From Lepidodermella squamata (Eukaryota; Animalia; Gastrotricha): a stretch of DNA of 64,000 bases. Of the stretch, positions 37,393 to 50,131 are shown piece after piece (the stretch's first letter is position 1; each line of letters begins with the position of its first letter). The notes beneath the pieces were generated by a model. That model was not told where the DNA came from and searched no databases. It saw only the letters and a program-made list of their open reading frames with translations. Where the stretch lies: positions 744,001 through 808,000 of the forward strand of contig JBLDXI010000033.1 of assembly GCA_047495785.1 (NCBI GenBank), given 5' to 3'. Both the position numbers and the translations under genes were made by a program.

Positions 37393-39156
37393 TTAAGTAA
37401 AACACAGCAAATCGTTCATTTCGTCATTAATTTCACATTTGTAGCATTTTTCCATGCTTTCAACCGGTTTGTAATAAATTTGGTCGTTGAGTCGAAATGT
37501 TGCGTTACTTCGCGTTGCCTCATCGTCAACACTGTATTGACGAATGTCTACGATGATTTGTCCAGCAAATGCAGCTGTTATCACGACAACCATGCCGATG
37601 ACTAGAAAGATGTAGACCAAATTTGATTCATCAAGCCGTTTCAGGTAAAGGTTCTTTTTCGCCTCAACTCGAGCCGGCACGTTGAGTCCGTAGGTTCCCT
37701 CGGGATTCTGTGCGATTTCACGTAATTAAGGCTGACATTTTTTGAGAAATTGATTAGCACCTACTCTTTTAGGGTAGCGAAAGAACCAGCAAGCATGGTG
37801 TCCGTGAAGAGACTTCGCGGGCATATCGGCGAGGCGGAGCATAAATGCTGAGGTGGTGCATGACCAACATGACACCATGAACATCGCAAAAGTGTACTGA
37901 AAATTTTTCAAATATAATTAAAAAATTAAATTAAATTTTGTAAACAGCTCACCAGGTAGAAAAGTGGCATTTTTGCCGCACTTGATGGCATTCTGAGAAA
38001 AAATAGCAATTTTTGTAAAATTATGATTAATTATTAGTTAAATTTTACTGATTAACATTGCCGAAAATGACGAAAAATGACAACACAATAGTGGTCGAGA
38101 CAGCCATTTTTTCCTGATAAAATCATTCAACTCATTTTTCATAAAAAAACTCAGGAGATAAATTTACCTCAGAATCGACTGGAATAATGAAAACAGAGGC
38201 CAGAGTGCCTGATAGGAATAAAACGGGAATTATGATGCTGAAAGAAAAAAATAGGTGTTATATTGATTCAAATTTTCGAATTCCTTACCTGATGACATGG
38301 AAAACGCTCTTCCTCTTAATTACAAGTTCGATTGAGAATTTTTGGTCTTCGCCTGGCTCTTCGACCACGAAAATCCGCGACCCAACAAACTCCCATTGAG
38401 CACTGGTCAGTTGCAGATGGCTAACATAAATAATTAGGAATAATTCGAGAAATTTATCAATGTTTTGCTTACCTACAAACGGGGTATTTCACGTCGAATC
38501 TCACAAAGTCTTCCTCAGCCAAAAATTTAAGCTGAAAATTTCCGGTTAATTTTTCGAAAATTTAAAAAAATTCAATCTTACCTGCATTTGACATAACTGG
38601 GTGTCCCAAGGATAAGCGACCAGTCGATAGGTGCATACCAGGTCCCAGTTTGCATACAACCGCCACGTGATCAACGTTTCATTCGTTTTATCGTTGAGTT
38701 GAGATATCTCGAACGGCGTATTATCAACAGCCGAGCGAAATTCTGAATAATTTTAAATAAAATACGAGGCTTAATTTCGCAAAATTTCTCACCGTCCACA
38801 TTCATCATGTTGCTAACGACAATTTTCGGCGACCAAATAGAGTCAGGATCATCGATGAGAACGCTGCCCAATTCTGATAGGTCCATTGAAAGTTCAGACC
38901 CACCCGACCACATCACTTCGAGCGCGGCATTTATCGAGAAACGATTCGCCTTTTCTTCGATTGCATCTATGGAAAACAGATTCAGCCGGATTGCGATCGG
39001 AATAGTCGTCCCATTATCTGATGTAGGATAAGGAGGCACGCTGCCCTTAGCGAAAGGATTGCCTTCGAAATCATCCAATCGGTCCAGGTAAGGATTGTTA
39101 CCGTTGCATGATACGGCGCCGATTATAACAAAAAGCGAGGTGGTGTAGATGAACAT
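37393..39156 (-). CDS. Divergent Cys-loop channel subunit (subfamily B, no.9)
   Basis: WSPKIVVSN, CTYRLVAYPWDTQLC, PVC motif, EK-M2, post-M4 CYKC...C tail. Confidence 0.88.
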
Positions 39157-39412
39157 TTTTTCTGCACTGGTTATCCAGCTAAAATTAAATTTTTTCAATC
39201 GCATTTGCAACTCTCGTGGACCTCGGAGACATATTGAGCAGACATTGCCGTTCGATATGTCCCTGGCCGCACTCAGTGCCAGCAGCCATCGCGCACATAT
39301 CGATTGCCGAGACATAAAAAAACATCACTGAATTATTCAAGAGCTTTCAAAATCTGAAAGCTTGCCCTTGGCTTGGCTTCAAAAAAATGTAATTATTATT
39401 TTTTCGAAAAAA

Positions 39413-41219
39413 ATGATACATCTCATCACGTTGATACTGGCTGTGGGGTTCGGCCATGCAACTGCCTTTGTTTGCCCTGTCCCAACGAAAGAAGATGCTA
39501 ATATTTCGAAAATTGAATCGGCCTATAACCCTTATTTGGCTCTGAAAAAATACCTGACGGATGCACATGCTGGCCAGACAATGCCGTTGAAATTCAAGGC
39601 GGACGGCTCTTTGGAAAAATTTGCGGTGAAAATAAAGTTTGCAGATTATTTTAAATTATGTTAAATATTTTAAATGTCATTTTTAACAGCGTGTTTCTGC
39701 TTTCACTTCAAGAGATCGACGAAATGGGCTCATCTTTTGTTGTCAACAGCATTTTGGAAATATCATGGAACGCCTCATCCTTAGGATTCTACTGGGCCGA
39801 TAAAAGTCCTCATTGCAACGTTGCGACTTACAGCATTAATAACGGTAAGAAATTAGCGGAAAAAATATTTAAACATTAAAAAAAATATTTTTTCAGCGCG
39901 TCTCAATACCTATACCCCGAAATTAGTTATCATCAACCAATTAAATAAAAATGACCTTCAAACCGTCATGGAAAATGCACCTCTTGAAATCGACAAGTAT
40001 GGTCAGGCACGGTGGAGGCTTTTTTCTGCTTTTCAACTCTCGGTAAACAAATACGTTGAATTTTCGTTGAAATAATTCGTGATTTTTTCAGTGTCCCTTC
40101 CGGCTGACTGGTTGGCCTTATGACTACCAAAGATGTTCGTCGAATATCACATTTGGGGCCGAGTTAGGGTTCAGTGTTATGGATCAGACGGCCATAACTC
40201 CAGTTTGCACGAACATGTGGATTCCTAACCCAAGTTGGGATTTCCTAGGCTCCCACATATCGTCATCAGTCAAGCTAAGGGGAAATAAATCTCCTGTCTA
40301 CATCACCACGTAAGACCCACTTTTGTCGTCAGTATCATTTCAAACACTATTATTTTTAAGGATTGAATTGGTTTTCAAACGAGATGGACAGTTTCACCTA
40401 ATTAGCTTGATAATTCCAACGCTACTCCTCGCCTATTGCGGCTGTTCAATTTTCTTGGTACCGCCAGATAGTGGCGAGAAAATGTCCGTCAGTTTTTCAG
40501 TCCTACTTACGTTTTTCTTGATTTTCCTAACTGTCGTCTCAAATCTGCCGCCATCTAGTACAGGAATGCCTCTAGTTTACATCGTAAGCCGTGAAAAATA
40601 TCAGCTAATTTATTTAAATTATTCATCCTAATTTCAGTACATTTTGGCGCTCTTCATAATCGCCATGATGGGGACATTCATCGCCTCAGTCCTGATTCAC
40701 TATTCCGAAAAAATCACATTCGAATACGTTGACCGACTGATAAACATGGAACTGGAAAAAAGCCGCAGAACAATGTCATTCGTCGAACCAGTTCCAGTTG
40801 TATCCTCTGATCCAATGCCGGCCCTGGAGCGTAAAGAGTCGAAAATGTCAGTCAAGGAGGAAAAAGTTCCGGAAATCAAACCCGATCATCCGAAACTCCA
40901 ACGCAAAGCCTCAAAGTTGTCCTTGAAAGCCGTTCAAGCGGCTGTTGTAGCTAAACGACTTTACTGGGCCAATGATATCAGCCTTTTCGTCTATTTGGTA
41001 GCTGTTTCCATAGCAACCGCGGTTTTTTTCGGTCTTTTGAATTCGCATAACAGCAATATGGAACCAATTTTTCTCCCTAATAATGGCGCATCTGGTGTCA
41101 GCATTTTTAAAATGGCGGATTCTGACACCGTTTACTTTTCACCTGTCTACAACAGAACTCGCTGCTTATCGTGCGAAATCAATCCTAAAACACTTACCTT
41201 GAATAACTGTCCCAAATAA
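39413..41219 (+). CDS. Divergent Cys-loop channel subunit (subfamily B, no.10)
   Basis: Signal peptide, CPFRLTGWPYDYQRC, PVCTNMW, DSGEKMS-M2, tail CLSC...C. Confidence 0.88.
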
Positions 41220-41274
41220 TCTGTCTTAATGGAAAATAATTATTTTTTAGATACATTTTTTGTTGTTTTATTAG

Positions 41275-42963
41275 ATGCATTTATTGAATAAATTGATTGT
41301 GCTCGTTTTAATCGAAAAATCCTTCGAAATATGCGAGCCGTCACAGGGTGAATCATTCAACTCAAGCGACGCCGTTCAACTAATACAGGATTATTTTCAA
41401 TCAAATGCCATCATTGGGCAATCGAATGTCCCTCCAATTGTGGAAAGCGGCATTCCAATAAGTTTCAAGTATGTTTATTCTTGATTTTTCTCGTGATTAT
41501 GATTATTTTCTATATTCATCTTTCAGCTTTCATCTCATTAATTTGCAAGGCATCGACGATGTCTTGAACTCTGCGTCGATTATCGGCGAGATTGAAATAA
41601 AGTGGAACGTGTCATCTCTCGGCTATGCATGGGCGGATCAGTGGCCGATTTGTCAAATCGACTCGTGGTCGATACCTCGAGCTCGCAGTTCAATCTGGAC
41701 GCCGCGGTTCACATTTCTCAACCAGCTTAACCGCGATGACTTTATCGATATTGTCAACGATGCGACACTTGATATTGACAAATTTGGCGAGGCAACTTGG
41801 CGAATCTACTCACCAATAGAATTTTCGGTAAATTTTAAAATTTTAATTTCAAATTTTAATTTTTTTTTTGAAAACAATTCATTAAATTTTGTTATTTCAG
41901 TGTGAACTCACCTTGACAGCTTTTCCTTTCGATGTTCAAAAATGTCAGCTACTCATTGCCTTTTCCCACAATGCGGATATTTCAACTATGAAAGAGAAGC
42001 GAATCCGGCCAGTTTGCACTGACATGTGGACACCCAACTTAGCCTGGGACCTGCTTGGCTCCAGACTATCAGTTGAAACGAAATCAGCAAAGAAGCTTCG
42101 GCCAATTGAAATTACAGTGTAAGTTGGACAATTATTCCTTATAAACCTGATCTGATCTGAATGTATTAGGATCGAGCTGGTCATTCAGCGAAAGAGCACG
42201 TTCTACGTTCTAAGCTTTTTCCTACCGATCATTCTATTGGCCTTTGTTAGCAGCGCTATTTTCGTCGTTCCATCTGGTTCAGGTTAGAGGCCTCTTGAGA
42301 ATCTTTTCAACTTACAATTTTTCTTGTTTAAAGATGAAAAAATGGCCATTTCATTTACAATCGTCCTGACGTTTTTCTTCATTTTCTCAACACTGGTCTC
42401 AAGCTTGCCGAGCAATTCGGACGGATTTCCTTTATTATACTCCGTAATTTCAAAATTTCCAGGATTCAATTGGATTTTAAATGATTATTTCCAGTACTTG
42501 CTGACAATTTTCGCCTTATCCACTCTGGCGACAATAATAGCTTCGGGTAATTTCATTTTTTTATTCAGCTCGAAAAATAAGTCTTTTGTGATTAGTCATT
42601 CTTCATTTTATCGGATATCTCGAGAACGCCTTCGTAAGCTTGAAAGTGAACGAAATCATAGATGGCGGTCAAACGATAGATCCTCCTCCCGAGGACAAAA
42701 ATTCGAAGGCCTCCAAAATTCTGAAGCTACTCAACAACGTCGCATTCTACGTCTACGCTGCAGCTGTTGCTTTGGTCAGCGCGGTTTTTGGCGGACTGTT
42801 CAGCGAGACTCGAAACGCGGCTACTCCAGCCATGATTGGCAACGGCTTGTTCACTATGGGAGGCAGTGGCGATGTGTATTTCCAGCCAGTTTTCGAAACT
42901 TCGGGCTGCGGATGCTCTATCAATGAAGCGAATGACCCTAAAACACTCACATGCTACGCATAA
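41275..42963 (+). CDS. Divergent Cys-loop channel subunit (subfamily B, no.11)
   Basis: WTPRF, CELTLTAFPFDVQKC, PVCTDMW, DEKMA-M2, tail CGC...C. Confidence 0.87.
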
Positions 42964-43029
42964 AATAAAAAATCACCCTTAATACGCCGCTACTACTTTT
43001 TAATTTTGTATTTTTGTGTAATTTTGTTT

Positions 43030-43339
43030 TAAATTAAACTTACCGAGAGAATATTCCATCTTTTATTCGCGATTAAACCGAAGAAATAAAAATTTACCGG
43101 AGAAAACCCGGAATCCCCCAATAGTAACTGGATCGGTAATTTTCGGTTATTAACCGGTAGGACATAATTTCTCCGGAATTTTAAAATCCCATTAACAAGT
43201 GACATACTTGATTATTCTCGTGATTTTATAAATTTTTCTAAACATTTTCTGGCCATGACTTCGTTTCTCATTTAAGAGTTTCTGAGCCATTTTCCGTGTA
43301 TTTTCTCTGCTTGCGTTACTTTGAAAGTAGGACAGGCTG
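43030..43339 (+). mobile_element. Degenerate copy of the Tc1/mariner-like MITE family; left boundary approximate
   Basis: Shares TACCGAGAGAATATTCCATCTTTTAT and the TTGCGTTACT end with 25420-25793. Confidence 0.7.
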
Positions 43340-43530
43340 TAACTTTAACAGTTTTTTATTCTCACTATTTCGCTGTAATAATAGTTTTTAATAGTGTTAC
43401 ATTTTTATATAGTTGAAAATTAATATAAAAATACCGTAATAAGAATTAAATAAAATAATCTCTCAATTTCAATTTGATTTTTCAAGTTGAAAATCGAAAT
43501 ATTTCTCATTCAGAAATCTCAACAACCAAT

Positions 43531-45273
43531 TCAAGTGCAGACCAAATCGGTATCGTTGTTGTTGATCCGGCAGCTGTAGCATTCGTAAAAGTTATCGAAA
43601 GTGTTGAAGTAATATTTTCCATTGAAAATGAACGTAGCGTTGTTCGCAGACTTGGTAACGTCAGGCTGCGTGGCGTTGTATTCGGAATAAAGCCTCCCGC
43701 CAATGGCCACAGTTAACGTAACTACAATAAGGATATAGATAGAAACTGCCATATTGTTGAACCTAGCAATCCTAGCTAAGTGCACTTCATGTTTTGCCGG
43801 ATCTTGTCGCATGGATTGCTTTTTTATGCATAAAAACTGTTTTGGCTGAAAAATATTTGCATATAGTTTAATGGGGTAAGAAAATTAAAAAAGTTTACAA
43901 TATTTTTTAGAAAATAAACAGGCTGAAATGCGACGAAAGGACTGTTTCCCTTCTCCGCGGCTTGGAACATCCGTAAGATGAAGGCTGACACCATAAACGC
44001 GTAGACGGACAGGACAAACATGGCGAATATGTACCATATAAACAATGGCAGTTCACCACTCGGCGGCATCCTAAAACATATTGCTAATCATTTTCTTCTA
44101 ATTTCGAAGTTAGTTCACTTACTGCCCGACGCAAATGCCGAATACAAGGAAAAAAGCGATTAAAACCGAGGTTGAAATAGCCATTTTCTCCTCGCTATTC
44201 GGAGGTACCAAGAATGTTAGAAGGCCAGTGACTGATAAGGCAACTACTGGGACTACGAGGCTATAGGAAAAATAATAAAATTTCGCCACTTACTGACGAA
44301 TGCCAAAACTTACGTAACGACGTAGTAAGAGCTTTTGCGTGAAATTATGAATTCAGTCACGTGTCGTTTTGCCCCATTTTCATCTGGCAGTTCTTCGACG
44401 TATGGCCTCGAGCCAATAAAGTGCCATTGCGCGTTTTCGCGATACGTCATGCTTCGAAAAATAACTACCATTTTTCCATCTAATCAGTTTCGACTAAAAA
44501 ATACCGGCACAATGGGAATTTCAGCTCTTCATCGAAAACCGTGAAAGATTCATCGGCTATAAATCTCGCGATGTAGTAGCACCTGAAAAAATTCAACTTA
44601 ATTCGAGTCTATTTCTCTCGAATTTTTCCTTACGTTTGAACGTCGAAAGGCCAAGTGACCATTTTAAAGTTCTATAATTAAAATAAAGCTATTGTGATAG
44701 TTTCATTCTTTCAATTCAGCTTACGCATATCAGAGAAACCGTTTGATAAATGCGAACTACACCCTGCGTCTGATAGTTTGTAATAGCGTATGTTTGAATC
44801 GCAAACGGCTGTTCGGCGAGAGATTTGCTGAATTCCGCAGCATTAGCCATATTCTGAAATTTCCGGAATTTCAAAAAATTAATGAAATAATTTTTACTGA
44901 CCTGGATGATGATTTTAGGGTACCACATCCGTGTGGCCCCATTGTTGACAGAATACTCTGGCATCCCGCCAATCGGGAGGTTGAACCCAAGCGCTCTAAT
45001 GGACCAGAAGAACTCTACCACAGAATTGATCATAATTGTGCTTCGTGTCTCATCGACTAACGGGATGCTCAATATCAAAAATTTGAGTCTAACAGTAATT
45101 TTCGCATTCGGATTCCCGGTGAGATTCAAAGGAGGAATCTCCGGATCGTAGACTGCCACTTTCTTCAGAGTGCTGTCGACCGTGACGAATGGGTTCACAG
45201 CGGCAAGTTTTGGGAAAGCATCGACAGTGGCCGCAAAATATGAGGCGCAAATTATTAACAGGGAAGATTTCAT
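43531..45273 (-). CDS. Divergent Cys-loop channel subunit (subfamily B, no.12)
   Basis: WYPKII, C|NFKMVTWPFDVQT|C, PLC motif, EEKMA-M2, tail CYSC...C. Confidence 0.88.
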
Positions 45274-45554
45274 TTTGCAGGAGCAAAAATCATAGTGATC
45301 AATGAAAAAATTGTCGCATAACCTTCAAGCGCAAAATACACTCGAGGGACACTCGCGCAATTACTACTATAAATAAAACAAGCCATGCGCAGCGGAATTA
45401 TCGTCATAAAAACATACATTTGCCGAATATCCAGGTGCAAAATTGCTGGCCAACTTGATTACTCTCAACTGTAAAAAGGTCTCGGACATTAAAGTCAATT
45501 CGTCCTTGGTACGGGTGAAAAAAATTTAAACTTGATTTTTATGAGTCTGACTCA

Positions 45555-46400
45555 GTTATTCACGCTGGTCAATAATCTGAAAACCACTCTCAAAATTCGC
45601 CACGGTTATCATCAGAAGTCCTATCTCCACCTTGGCGGATTTTTGTCGAGACCATCTTCTTCCAGATAGAAAAGATTCTGCATGGCACTAGTACGATCAG
45701 GACAGCAAAATTGCCGTGCGCAGCATAAAAATTTTTCAATTAAGACTGAAAACTGGCGATGACTAGAACAAATCATTGCAAGCAAAAAATATTTACTCGA
45801 ACATAAGAAATAACAGGCAGCACAGGAAAATCGGCTACGCTAAGCTTGACTTTTCTGATCCTAGCCGTGTGGACTCTTCGTGTTCCGCCTGGTTTTATTC
45901 TGCACGCATTGTTATTTGAGGCACAAAAGCTTCTTAGGCTTAATATTTTTGATGAAATAGATGGGTTGGAATGTGGCGAGAGGGCTGTAGTTTTTTCGGC
46001 TGCTTGATACAGCCGCAAAACGTAAGCATTGTGTGGACAGACCCAGCAAACCAGGCGATTATGTACCAAATAAACAAAGGAAAATTGCCACTAGGCGGCA
46101 TCCTGATTAAAATTTTGGTTTAATTATATCATTTTTATTCTTACTTATGTAAGTCTGTAATAAAGAGCAATTGAGCATTTTCGCGATACGTCGTGGGAAA
46201 ATAAGCGTTAATTACATTAATTATTGTCACAAATTATCGAGACGCCACTTCGCTGACTAGTAATCGTGCTTCTTCTCTCATCCATCATATTGAATATTGA
46301 ATATGAACAACTTGAGCCTGACAGCCACCTTTGAAGTCTACTTTGCCTTCAAATTCAACGGGGGATTCTCGGGGTCAAGGCGGGAAGTCTTGGAAAGGCG
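45555..46400 (-). pseudogene. Decayed duplicate of channel no.12; boundaries approximate
   Basis: DPENPPLNL...VAVRLKLFI (compare DPEIPPLNL...ITVRLKFLI) with an in-frame stop and frameshifts. Remnants of the TYRENAQ, MPPSG and LYQAAEK segments, with large deletions. Confidence 0.8.
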
Positions 46401-46622
46401 CCAGCCTGGACGAAAGTGCTCACAATTAACAGTAGATAAGCGCTCTTATTCGCGGACAAAATTAATGATTTTTGATAAATTCACATACCTCGCACAGGCT
46501 GAGTGCTCTCATGGGACTTGTCTTCAATCAGTGCTATAAATAATACAGTTCATGGCGCGACGGAATTATTATATAAAACAAACCTGTCTCGGCCAAATTT
46601 TGTCGAATTTTCCAATGGAAAA

Positions 46623-48513
46623 ATGATTGCAATCTTAGTAATAATTGCTCATAGTTTAACCTTGGTGTCAGGACTAGCTTGTGGATCAAATTCCACGTCT
46701 AAATGCGAGACTGGAGCCCTGGCTTTAACGAATTATTTGGCCGAAAATGCCGGAAATGGGACAAGTATCCCGCCCCTTGATTTCCGCTTTTCCCGAAGAC
46801 TAGATTATCGCCTCAGATATTCACTAATCGCCCTGCAATCCGTTGACGAACGAAGCTCTTCAGTCACGATAACTGGTATCACTGAGGTGAAATGGGACCT
46901 GTCTCCTCTTGGCTTCCGATGGCCTTATAGGGCGAATAACACGAAAAAATTCCCGAGGACATTTACGTATCGGCAAGCTAGATCTAACATTTGGACGCCA
47001 AAGCTAACAATCACGAATGCTATGAATTCTTTCGACTTTCTAAGCGCTGAAACACGCGCTCCAGTCGAAATTGACCACACAGGTAATTTTGAAAACTAAA
47101 CTACTTAATTCTCAATTTTATTGAAAAATCAGGTCTAGCTACCTGGAAGCTACATGGAAAAACTCGATTTTCAGTAATTTTTCAGATTTTTTGTATTTTT
47201 TTTCTAATTTTTTGTAATATTAGTGCGGTCTAAAACTAACTGCCTACCCATTCGATTATCAAATCTGCCAAGCTAATGTTCGAGATTTCACTATGTTTTA
47301 GATCGCGATTAATTTTTCTTTCATTAAGGTGTCTGTATCAGCTGAACTTTGGTTTGCCTGGAATACTCAGGCCTATCTGTCACCGATTTGCATGGACTCG
47401 TTTATCGAAAATCCGGGCTGGGTTATCATAGGAACTCGCATCAAAGTCACTATTACGCAATATACTCGCGGATTCGCCTATCCAACTGCCAGGTTCAATA
47501 TTTCCTAGCATCCTGAAAAACATATTTTCAATTTGTTTTCTCAAGTTTGGAAATTCTCATCAGCCGTGAAGGATCTTTCAGCTTGATAACCGTCATAATT
47601 CCTATCCTGTCACTGGCGCTTGTCAGCTCGGCAATGTTTATAATTCCTCCTGATAGCGGTAAGGGAAAAAATGTCCGACAAAATATCCAATAAAGTTCCC
47701 TAATTTTTCAGGAGAGAAAATTTCGGTCAGCCTCACGGTTCTACTGTCGTTTTTTGTCGTATTTTCAACGATTTCCATTGGACTTCCGCCTAACGCCGAC
47801 GACATCCCGTTGTTGCATTATGTAATACCTTCAAATTCAGCTTTCAGCTAATTAATAACCATTTTTCCTCAAGTACATCTTGGCACTGTTTCTTCTAAGC
47901 CTTGCCGGGTCTTTCGCATGTTGTGGTGAGATTTGAAATTTTAGAAAAATTCAATCTTGAAATATAAATTTCAGCTCTGGCTCGTGGATCCGAGGCTATC
48001 ATGGAATCGCATGAGAAGATAACAGTTCACGAAATTATGCAAAGTCTGAAGTACCAACTCGACGAGAATTCGGCTGTTGCAGAGGAAAGTAGTCTAGGCG
48101 CGGAAACTGAACAGGAGGTAAGCGTTGCCGATAATCGTCCGAAACTAGGTCACCGACGCAAATCGCTGGTAAACGCGGAACGCCGGCTGTTTCTCGACTA
48201 TAATCTAGCGAGAAAGTTGTACATCCTCAACGACTATGCCCTTGTCTTTTACATATCATCAGTCCTGATTATAACGGTGGTTTTCGCCGTACTGTTGCAG
48301 TTCTATATGACGGATATGAACAGCTTTACGGCGAGCAAAAATTCAACGGATGGAAAGGCTGATTTCACGCTGGTGGCGACTGGTTATACGTTACCGGGCG
48401 ATCGCGGCTATTTTTTCGCCCCGCTGTATTCGCGTAAAAATTGCGCCCGTGCTATCGACATGGCGAGTGGACTGGCGCTTGATTACAAACAGCTTGCAGA
48501 TCCACTGAAGTAA
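46623..48513 (+). CDS. Divergent Cys-loop channel subunit (subfamily B, no.13)
   Basis: Signal peptide, WTPKL, CGLKLTAYPFDYQIC, PICMDSF, DS|GEK-M2, single tail Cys. Confidence 0.87.
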
Positions 48514-49595
48514 AATAAGACCTAGGCGAAATTTGACAAATCGATATTTTACAACTTATTACACATTGAATAATGACAATAATAATAAATAATATTAATA
48601 ATAATAATAATTGATTATTGGTTCTACGACAACTGAGACCCGAAAACCGAGACCGGACACCTGAGATCAAAACATAAATAAAGACTTTGATTTTCGCTAC
48701 AGGAGACACAGACAACCGAGGGCAGATAATTCGTTTTAATAATTAATAAAATCCCGGACAACCGACATCCCAGACACCGACAACTGAAGCTAAATAATTG
48801 GCGAATATTTATTTTATATATTCTCGATTCTCGAATATTTCAGACGACGTGGCTAAGAGGTCAATTAACGTGAACGCCGAATCTTCAGTCTTCAAGGACA
48901 TGGCTGTCTGATATATTATAGCATATTCATTTTTAAATCAAACCATTTAACTGCGAGTTCTGGTTGTCCGTTCCCAGATGTAATTACATTTAAAAAATAA
49001 ATGAAAAATGTTCGTCGTCATGCTAATCAGCATCAGAATAAAATAATGTCTTATTCTATTGTTATTTTTTGGTCTTTTTCTTCTCTTTCAATTTCTTCTT
49101 TAAGAGAAATCAGAAATTTTCTGGATTTTTCTGAATATATTTCGCTGATATATTTACTAGTAAAAACAGCGATCGTGCGATTATGGACTACTCACGTGAT
49201 CATGACAATGGATTGCTTATACATTTTGAAATCTTGATAGTAAGAAGTGACACTTTATTTTTAGATTCACCAGTAAGATTGCATGTATTTTATTTGACGT
49301 GTCATCCTTTCCTTATGTAAGACTAACGTGTATTGCACGTGGGTGTTCGGACAAGTCGGCGCGGTTATGGTGCAAAAATATCTAGGTTGATCACCCGATT
49401 TGGGGCAAAACACTACCCAGGCTGCTCAACTAAGCGTGAAATGGCGGAAATGCGAAAGAATAAATCGTGTACGTAGACTGCGGGGCCGGAGGCGCCGAAA
49501 ACTTCCATAAAATAAACCATTCAAGAAATACATCATTTTCCTAATTCGACCGTCGTTTTAGCAAACTGCTTTGGCCGGATCCAAAATAGATTAGG

Positions 49596-50131
49596 ATGCT
49601 AGTGAATTTTTTCTTCATCGCAACTGTGCTGCTTTGCCTTGTCGATTTCGTTCGATCAGAAGATGAAGTACCTGAAGCCGTTAATTCCACTGAGCCGGTT
49701 GAAAGTTTAGCCGCTGTAGCTAAGGCCTTGGTCAACAAAGGCAGCGACGAAGAGCGTAAGCTAAAAAATCGAATTCGTAAAACATTCTGATCATTTTTTA
49801 CGTCGCAGAGCCCCAAGCTATGAGTATGACCATGATGCGAGAGGTGATGGCATTGGTTATGCTAAAACAACGATTCTGCGATAACCGCAGTCCTCCAAAG
49901 CGGTCGCTGAATGAAGAGCAGATAAACTGCGCCCAGCTCTCGGCAACGGTGACGAAAAAGCTGTTGTTCGTGACGAATTTGATGCGTGAAGAGCAGCAGC
50001 GCCGGCGTTACTTGCATTGCATGAAACTTTTCAAGTCGCAACAAATTTGCACTCAGACCGGGAGTTTTTACCTCTGGGCGCAGACTCTCGCGAAGGAAAT
50101 CATGCATGGCAAAAATGTCGTTGATGCTTGA
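49596..50131 (+). CDS. Secreted helical 4-Cys family member 1
   Basis: Signal peptide, phase-1 intron, C...KR...C...QQRRRYLHCMKLFKSQQICTQTGSFYLWAQTLA. Confidence 0.85.

Noticed and set aside
12511-48513. Naming the channels as nAChR alpha subunits (CHRNA-type symbols)
   Set aside because: There is no vicinal Cys pair and the aromatic box is altered. Orthology cannot be assigned by eye.
48570-48790. (AAT)n tract and GACA(A)CCGA short repeats
   Set aside because: Low-complexity or subterminal-type repeats without definable ends or TSD.
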